Position numbers and translations under genes: made by a program | Source of the DNA: Trichoplax sp. H2 | Taxonomy: Eukaryota | DNA: 20,000 nt | Assembly: GCA_003344405.1 (NCBI GenBank) | Contig: NOWV01000195.1 | Coordinates: 119,130 to 139,129 of the forward strand | Reading direction: 5' to 3' | Notes under the pieces: model-generated | Databases searched by the model: none | The model's input: the letters and a program-made list of their open reading frames with translations, nothing else | What the model was told of the DNA's origin: nothing | Shown: positions 12,860 to 20,000 of the stretch, piece by piece | Layout of the letters: each line of letters opens with the position of its first letter | Position numbering within the stretch: the stretch's first letter is position 1

Positions 12860-13996
12860 ATGAGTGGCAATTTAAATATCAAAGAGTTTAATTACGATCA
12901 AAGTTACTCGGCTTTTGAGCGCCAAAGTAATGATTCACAACTAACATCACACGCACTGGAAACTTTTCTGAAAGCGCTGCGGCAGAGATCGATTATATTT
13001 AATGGAAATCAACCGGTAAAAGTCTCAGAAATTGCTTGTGGCCCTGCCGTTAGAACGGTTAATTACTTCAAAAATATGGACTTTTCTCCAGGTTTTGATA
13101 TCAGAGCAACGGATTTTAATGAGAAATTCACTGGTAAAAATGGATTTGACTATGATTCTTCTACATGCAGTGAAGAAAAATTAGCAGCCGTTGTCGATGA
13201 TAGTAGTAACGAGGACGTAGGGTTAATCGTAAAAACATTTTTTGATGCTATAAAAAATCGAGTCTTACCGCTAAAGTCATTCTCAGTCAAAAGAGGAAAC
13301 GCCTTCGATGATAACTTACTCGAACTTCTAGCCAAGAATGGCTCATCCATTGAAGCTGAAAGGAACACATTTTCTTTGGTTATTGCAAGCCATTGCCTTT
13401 ATTACGTATTGAATGAGAAAGTACCTGAGGTTTCCTTTCAAAAATTCTTCAACTCTTTAACTTCAGATCTTTTAGCTAAAAATGGAATAGCTATATTATG
13501 TCACAGTATGTTAAAACCAAAGAGTCACATAGCATTGGAAACTAAGTATGATTTTCATAAAATCAAAAATGTCTGCCCTACCCCAGAAGAATATCAAAAA
13601 TATTCAATAGATGCTATTATCGAAAGACATTGTCAAATAAATGATCTTCCATATTATAAAATGGAAGTAAATACCAGTGTTTGCTATACCGATGCCTTCT
13701 TTAATCAGCAAGATATCTTTAAAGATATCCATCGATATAATGAGCTTGATGATGACGCTTTAGATAATCTTCTGCGTTTACTATTTATTGCTCGTCGATC
13801 TGCCATGGATTTATATCAAGATCAATCATGTTTTGGACTTAATAGCTTAGTAGACGAGGTTGCAAGCATTGCTAAAGAAGATAGATGCCTACGTGATTAC
13901 GATCGAATATATCTCGTACTAAGTCAGCATGCTACTCAAGAATTTAAGGACCAAATCAAATCTGTTGTCGAAGATTTAAATAGTACCGCACCATAG
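12860..13996 (+). CDS. Class I SAM-dependent methyltransferase, 378 aa, intronless CDS (histamine N-methyltransferase-like fold; substrate unknown)
   Basis: Motif I VKVSEIACGPA, post-I acidic IRATDFN, motif II-like TFSLVIASHCLYYV (compare HNMT-type ...MLYYV), motif III-like LLAKNGIAIL. Long uninterrupted ORF in AT-rich DNA, with a colinear paralog downstream. Confidence 0.85.
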   Translation: MSGNLNIKEFNYDQSYSAFERQSNDSQLTSHALETFLKALRQRSIIFNGNQPVKVSEIACGPAVRTVNYFKNMDFSPGFDIRATDFNEKFTGKNGFDYDSSTCSEEKLAAVVDDSSNEDVGLIVKTFFDAIKNRVLPLKSFSVKRGNAFDDNLLELLAKNGSSIEAERNTFSLVIASHCLYYVLNEKVPEVSFQKFFNSLTSDLLAKNGIAILCHSMLKPKSHIALETKYDFHKIKNVCPTPEEYQKYSIDAIIERHCQINDLPYYKMEVNTSVCYTDAFFNQQDIFKDIHRYNELDDDALDNLLRLLFIARRSAMDLYQDQSCFGLNSLVDEVASIAKEDRCLRDYDRIYLVLSQHATQEFKDQIKSVVEDLNSTAP

Positions 13997-16110
13997 GCAA
14001 AGAGAAGTTTAAAATAACGTTTGCAGAATGCTTTTTTTTGTTAGTCTTTTTAATTATACTAATTTAAATCATACAGATAGCAATGGTCTATAAATTTATT
14101 GCTATCAGCATAGTCATAAAAAATTTTTATTACTTTTCATATTTAGTAAGCAATTAGGTCTTTGAAATTTTTTTAGTAGTAAAGCATGTATTAGTGTGGC
14201 AATTTATGAATGAGTTGCTAAATTTGTTTAAGAAGCAAGCTCACTTAGCTCACCCCTAATTTAATAGCATCTTGCAGTGTGTTTCGAATTGTTTACAGCA
14301 ATGAATATTTTCATCTACAGCGTGTTCAAATTCTTCAAGGCTTTACAGAATTAGCACTAACGGTATATAATTACGGCCGGCGAAAACAGGCCATCTTTTA
14401 ATTAGCGGATCAGATATTTTGAGGAGTATGCCATAAAGATTTCTTACGTGTAGCTTTCTATTTGCTATTCTTTTATCAACTGTACATTTTTTTAATTACA
14501 GTTGCTGTAACTTTTGCGTAACCAAATCAAGACTTATTTTAGTTACATTAGACTGAAATCATCACGTAAAGTATTATACAAAATATGTCGCATTGGCAGA
14601 CACAGATTCAGTCACTATTTTCAGCTACTATGTTGAAATAACTTTAGGCATACGCATGAACTAATAAATAAATATATTCAATTATAACACACGATAACAA
14701 GTTATTATTTAAATTATTCGATTAGAAGTGTTAAGAATCGACTGAAGCATATCATGATTAAAGTCCATAAGTACGTTTATGGTTAGTTTCATGTTTTATT
14801 TTAATCCTTAGTTATCGCAGCATATTCTTAGCCAATCTTAGCTTGCTTTATGTCCGTGAAACCAAGTGATGGGATAAAAAGTACTGGGTATGCATGATAA
14901 TTGTAGTTGAAGAAGAGCAGTAGTATATGAGTATTGACAGATAATTACAACTTTATTTATTAATTACATACCAAAACAGTCTATGTCATAAACAATTACT
15001 TGAACTAGAAATTGTAAAAGTATACCAAGAGTTCAATCTTAGGATTGGCTGTATTTCATAAAAAAGTTTCTCAATATATGCCTGTGGCATTGAAGATGGA
15101 GTTTCATGTATCATAACGAAACAGCAAGTGATAGTTCTTACTAAACTTGATGTGTTAAATTTAATCAAGCTAAATAGTGATACAGTAACAAAATTAAAAC
15201 TACCACTAAGAAACTATTCATTTACTATCATTTCACCATATTAAACTAAACCCTAATTATTGCTAAAGATTTCGGATAGGGTTAACTCAAATTATATTAC
15301 CTCCGTGATGCCGGCTGTAATATCTTAAATACGTAAAATATAAAGTACTGCAATATGGTCTAGTAATGCAGTAGTTGTACAGTCCAATTGCGGAGAGTAG
15401 AATTAATCGTTGTAGTAAAAGATTGTTCATTTTTTGATTCTTAGTCTCCTCATTTTTACTGTCTGCTACACATTATTCTAGCTACATAATTAATAGTTAC
15501 TGTCTTCGCAAAGTGGAATGGCGGTAGAACAATACGTTATCATGTAACAAATTCCATCAACTACCAGATTACATGCTTATACGCGTACACAAGTATATTA
15601 TACGAGTATATCTTTTCCAGAGGCTCGACTTGCTCTGTACTCTAATCTTCAGACTTGTTTACGTTCGTTTTCAAATAAGTAGAAGACATTATTTTTTGGA
15701 TATTTCGAGGATGCTATTGTATCTGAAACATTACAGCTATTTACCATATTGTCTATAGTTTGCATTGTGTAATTTTATTGCCTCCGGCTTTTATGGTAAT
15801 CAGCCCCTTGAGGTAAATTCAATGATTTGTGGTGTAAGACACAGGGTGGAGTAATAAACAGCCCTATTGATCTAATTATTGAATTATATTATAATATTTT
15901 GATATTAAAAACTGAATATGCTGTTTCCATAATTCAAGAACTTTAAGATAATGTAATATGCTTGGTTTTTCCAACGCAGATAGCAAGGGGATGACGTCTT
16001 TATCTTCGTAATCATCATCTGTATTTGCCCTGATCAGAATGCAACTTCAACTATTTCAATAATTTCAATTTACAGTTACTTACACACTCGTATGCTATGT
16101 TAAGGTTGGG

Positions 16111-17250
16111 ATGGCCTCTAAAATTGAGATAGAAAAGTACAATTTTGATCAAAGTCTATTAGCATTTGAACGTAAAAGTAATGCTCCTGAAATAATATGC
16201 CGGGTGGTACAATCATTTTTAAAAGGACTACAACAAAATTCGATAGTGTTTCACGGCGATCAAACGATTAAAATAGCGGAAATTGCTTGCGGGCCCGGCA
16301 ATCGAACGATTGGTTACTTTAAAGGCATCGATTTTCAACCAGGCTATGACATTAGAGCAACTGATATCAATGCTACATTCACCGGTGAAAATGGCTTTAA
16401 CTTTTCATCTTGCAAAGGCAATGAAGGCACTAATGCTGCATCTGTACTGGGCAAGAACGAAAAAAATCTAGGGTTAACAGTCAAAGCCTACTTACAGGCT
16501 ATTACGACTCAAAGTATGCCGTTAAAGACGTTCTCAATTAAAAGAGGAAATGCCTTCCTCGAGAATCCACTCCATTTACTTGTTAGCAGAAGTGATGATA
16601 TTCAGTCTGAAAGAAGTACATTTTCTTTGGTAAATATTTTCCATTGCTTGTACTATGTATTTAACGAGAAGGAACCTGAGGAAGCTTTTCAACGGTTTTT
16701 TCATTCTTTAAAACACGATATTTTAGCTGACAACGGCGTAGCGCTATTTTGTCATAGTACACTCAAGCCAAATAGTCATATAGCATTAGAATACAAATAT
16801 GCATTTCAATCAATACACGATATCCATCCTACTACACAAGAATATGAAAAGTATTCGTTAGATCATATCATCGAAAAAAATTGTCAAAAAAATAATCTGC
16901 CTTGTTATAAAGTGGAATTTCTTACAAAAGTTCACTTTACTCAAGCTTTATTCGATCAACAAGATATTATTCGAGATATTTATCGATATGACGAGCTCGA
17001 TGAAAATGCAATCGATGACATTCATCGATTGCTATTTATAGCCCGTCGATCACCAATGGAATTATATAAGGATAAATCTGATATTGGTCTCAATCATTTA
17101 TTGGATACAGTCCAGGCTATCGTTCGAAATGACGGAGGTATCCTCGAACACAATGCTCTTCAAGTAGTTCTGAGCCAAAATGCAAGTCAGCAGCAGAAGC
17201 AAGCGGTAGAATGCCTGCTTGAGCGATTAAATACTACGCCAATGCAATAA
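16111..17250 (+). CDS. Class I SAM-dependent methyltransferase, 379 aa, tandem paralog of 12860-13996
   Basis: Motif I IKIAEIACGPG, IRATDIN, TFSLVNIFHCLYYV, ILADNGVALF. Aligns essentially without gaps to the 378-aa protein, roughly 45-50% identity by eye. Confidence 0.85.
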   Translation: MASKIEIEKYNFDQSLLAFERKSNAPEIICRVVQSFLKGLQQNSIVFHGDQTIKIAEIACGPGNRTIGYFKGIDFQPGYDIRATDINATFTGENGFNFSSCKGNEGTNAASVLGKNEKNLGLTVKAYLQAITTQSMPLKTFSIKRGNAFLENPLHLLVSRSDDIQSERSTFSLVNIFHCLYYVFNEKEPEEAFQRFFHSLKHDILADNGVALFCHSTLKPNSHIALEYKYAFQSIHDIHPTTQEYEKYSLDHIIEKNCQKNNLPCYKVEFLTKVHFTQALFDQQDIIRDIYRYDELDENAIDDIHRLLFIARRSPMELYKDKSDIGLNHLLDTVQAIVRNDGGILEHNALQVVLSQNASQQQKQAVECLLERLNTTPMQ

Positions 17251-17308
17251 AATAAATTTCTATTAATGGATCGATGGATAGGTTATGAACATGGCGGAAG
17301 CTAAAACA

Positions 17309-17950
17309 AAATTAGTTGATTCAAAGGTGGCTTGATTGACCAAAGATATTTCGCCTGATACCATTGAATATATACTTGTATATCGCGTATGCGTATTCAT
17401 GAATAAGAAAACTCTCCTTTCTGAAAACAGAATCCGTATCATGATTTTAGTTAACTTTCGTTAATTCGGTCTGTACATATCTGTTACGATGCGTAAGCTC
17501 GTCCTAATTATTGAGTAAAATTAAATATTGCTTGTATGGATTGACGTTTTATTAATTGTCATTTCTTCATATAATTTGTTTAATCTTTGATTAATATGAT
17601 AATGCACTGTTGAAGATCCCTTTTTAGTTCGTTAGTCGGTTAGATAGTCAACTAGTTTTTCAATTGATATTTAATTGTAAAGACTATAATCTTGGGTGCC
17701 AAGATTCCTTCAGTAATAAATGATAGTAAATCTCTGACTATCTCGTCTACATCATCTNNNNNNNNNNNNNNNNNNNNAAATTAGTTGATTCAAAGGTGGC
17801 TTGATTGACCAAAGATATTTCGCCTGATACCATTGAATATATACTTGTATGTCGCGTATGCGTATTCATGAATAAGAAAACTCTCTTTTCTGAAAACAGA
17901 ATCCGTATCATGATTTTAGTTAACTTTCGTTAATTCGGTCTGTACATATC
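17309..17950 (+). repeat. 173-bp direct duplication across the gap (17309-17481 and 17778-17950)
   Basis: AAATTAGTTGATTCAAAGG...TGTACATATC occurs twice with 2 visible substitutions (GTATATCG/GTATGTCG; CTCTCCTTTC/CTCTCTTTTC). The second copy starts exactly at the gap edge. Confidence 0.95.
17758..17777. other. Assembly gap (20 N)
   Basis: Run of 20 n characters. Confidence 1.
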
Positions 17951-18788
17951 ATATCTGAATAATCCATTAATTATCGTGAAAATTTATTGTACGTTATACC
18001 TGAATTGGTGTAAAGACTACGTTACTTTCAAAGAAACCGATAATTTTATATCAATAAAGCTTCATTAATCAAGTTGCGTGTTCTCGGAACTGCTAGTTAA
18101 AAATGGGGATTAGTAACGACTACGAATTGTTCTTATAGCAATTAAATATTACCAGTCTGGCGTAAGGTATGCCCACCCCCAACATCTACTTACAGTACTA
18201 CTCTAAATACTGACAATCTCCTCTCGTCAGAAGCAACAGTAGTGCCACTAGCCTTGTTGAGATACAGTAATTAATCATTAGAAAGACCCAACCTATAGAT
18301 CCATCAATATCCAAGTTATTTAATTCAAATTAGAAGTTACCAACGAGTCACTGAAGATAAAAGTAAAACTAAAGCCGATATGCTACCCACGAGCAAGAAG
18401 AATCAATCAAATACTCAACTCTATTCTAGCGTTCTCTCTATCTAGCTTAACTTCTACAGCCTTAAATGCTGCCTATTATATGCAGTCATGCACGTGCAGA
18501 TTGGATAGTTGAATATTTCACTAAGAAAGCAAGAGTAATTAGATGAACTTCTCCCATGTTAGCCTGAAATATCGCCCATTAATGCTGTATAGTACTGTAT
18601 ATGAAGTCATTCATACATGTTGCAGATTGTATACTCCTAAATATGATTGATCAATACACAATTATTAATTGACATAGAGTAACATGGAGTAGTCAGTATA
18701 CCATGTGAAAATATCGAAATCTTGATAATGAACACTAGCGTTCAGTCAAAACATTAGCAATAAATACCTTAACATGAACATAACAAGT

Positions 18789-19495
18789 CTATCGAATCTC
18801 AATATTCTTGCAAAATTGGCAGTGCACTATAGCATTGTACGAGTCGGCAGATCCGTATAACGATCGGGAATCTACCTATTAACTTAAGTCATAACTGCTA
18901 CTTGTTGCAGAGTACCTAGTCGCCACCCTCCCTCTTGGCTTTATACCCTCAATGGTATCCACAGATTCTACAGTACTGTATACCTTACTAATAAATTGGT
19001 TCAACCTTTTCCAATCAAATCGAATGTCAAATCATGGACTACTCAAAGAAGACCATGAGTAGTCGATGGCCGAATTACAGTGCACAGTGCTATCCAATCT
19101 CAATCTACTCTTGAAAAGTTGGCAGTGCAACTATGGCAAAGTATGAGTCGGCAGATCCGTATAACGATCGGAATCTACCTACTAAGTCATAACTGCTACT
19201 TGTTGCAGAATACCTAGTCGCCACCTTCCCTCTTGGCTTTATACCCTCAATGGTATCCACAGATTCTACAGTACTGTATACCTATCTAATAAAATTGGTT
19301 CAACCTTTTCCTATCAAATCGAATGTGAAATCGTGGACTACCAAAAGAAGACCATGAGTAGTCAATGGCCGAATTATAGTGCACAGTACCTTTCTAATAA
19401 ATTGATTCAACCTTTTCCAATCAAATCGAATGTCAAATCATGGACTGCTAAAAGACGACCATGAGTAGTCAGTGGCCGAATTACAGTGCACAGTA
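18789..19495 (+). repeat. Tandem repeat of ~300-bp unit: two full copies (~18789-19089, ~19090-19389) plus a ~105-bp partial 3' copy (~19390-19495)
   Basis: Shared blocks GAGTCGGCAGATCCGTATAACGATCGG and CCCTCTTGGCTTTATACCCTCAATGGTATCCACAGATTCTACAGTACTGTATACC occur twice. TTCAACCTTTTCC-ATCAAATCGAATGT and GACCATGAGTAGTC-TGGCCGAATTA-AGTGCACAGT occur three times. Confidence 0.93.
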
Positions 19496-19594
19496 CACAG
19501 TCAGTACAGTACTGTACACTGTACTGTACAGTACTGTATTGCGTCATAAAATCGGTCGACAAGGCAACTCAGTGTACAGTACACTGTACTGTAA
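19484..19594. repeat. Low-complexity palindromic TACAGT/ACTGTA-rich tract
   Basis: Multiple overlapping TACAGTACTGTA, CAGTAC and GTACTG units; 13-bp inverted pair GTACTGTACACTG (19509-19521) / CAGTGTACAGTAC (19570-19582). A similar tract recurs at ~19798-19850. Confidence 0.85.
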
Positions 19595-19621
19595 ATCTAA
19601 GCACAGTAAGAGTGCTAACTT

Positions 19622-19786
19622 GTGTAAAAATGATGTCGCGACCCCAAACGAACAGCGACATCGCCACCGCCTCAATAACCGGAGGTGTGTAACGACGACC
19701 AGAATAGAACAGATGGACACTGGGCACTAGAGTGGGCTGGAACTGGAAGTGATGAGCCTGCTAGGATTACGACATCTTTTTTACAC
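19622..19786. mobile_element. Possible MITE-like element bounded by 17-bp inverted repeats
   Basis: GTGTAAAAATGATGTCG (19622-19638) matches the reverse complement of CGACATCTTTTTTACAC (19770-19786) at 16/17. The interior is GC-richer than the rest of the window and non-coding. No clear target-site duplication. Confidence 0.4.
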
Positions 19787-20000
19787 GCATCTGCACCCTA
19801 CAGTACACATGAAAAAATTGATACAGTACGTACTATACTGTACAGTACTTAGGTATCACCGCTGCACTAACTCGTTCATTCAAATCCAAACCAGCATGGC
19901 TGCCGCCTGTGTCAACCGATTACTGCTCTATTCCAAGTCTTACAGGTCGAATAAGCTAATTAAGCAATGGTTTCAAAATTATAACAGTATAAGGCCAATG

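Noticed and set aside
15245..15286. CTAAACCCTAA / TAGGGTTAA telomere-like words
   Set aside because: Only single units, not an array; compatible with chance.
13150..16471. Small ORFs 13150-13368, 14986-15168, 15573-15758 and 16283-16471
   Set aside because: Antisense or out-of-frame overlaps of the methyltransferases, or short intergenic ORFs at chance length.
12860..17250. Bacterial contamination or DNA methyltransferase (restriction-modification) interpretation
   Set aside because: Contiguous with a spliced animal-type gene, 2-kb AT-rich spacer, UTR splice signals and no operon structure. No DPPY/NPPY or PCQ catalytic motifs are present.
18789..19495. CRISPR-like array interpretation of the recurring blocks
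   Set aside because: The sequence between the blocks is also repeated (no unique spacers), the unit is ~300 bp, the context is eukaryotic and there are no cas genes.
19461..19730. 89-aa and 68-aa ORFs with YSTV/YCTV repeats
   Set aside because: Translations of the TACAGT/ACTGTA low-complexity tract and the tandem-repeat end.

Overview
AT-rich eukaryotic genomic DNA with short GT-AG introns. The composition and gene content suggest an early-branching animal such as a placozoan (Trichoplax-like); this is inference only. The left half (minus strand, 658-9238) holds one Apaf-1-like STAND/NB-ARC gene. I assembled it by hand into 20 phase-consistent coding exons (about 1355 aa) with the order CARD, NB-ARC, helical domain, degenerate WD40 repeats. 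Walker A and B are intact, but sensor-1, GxP and MHD/LHD are all substituted. Divergently oriented on the plus strand are two tandem paralogous class I SAM-dependent methyltransferase genes (12860-13996, 16111-17250) with intronless coding regions. The right end has a 20-N gap flanked by a 173-bp near-identical duplication, a ~300-bp tandem repeat, TACAGTACTGTA-rich palindromic sequence and a small inverted-repeat element. No CRISPR array, rRNA or tRNA was recognised.
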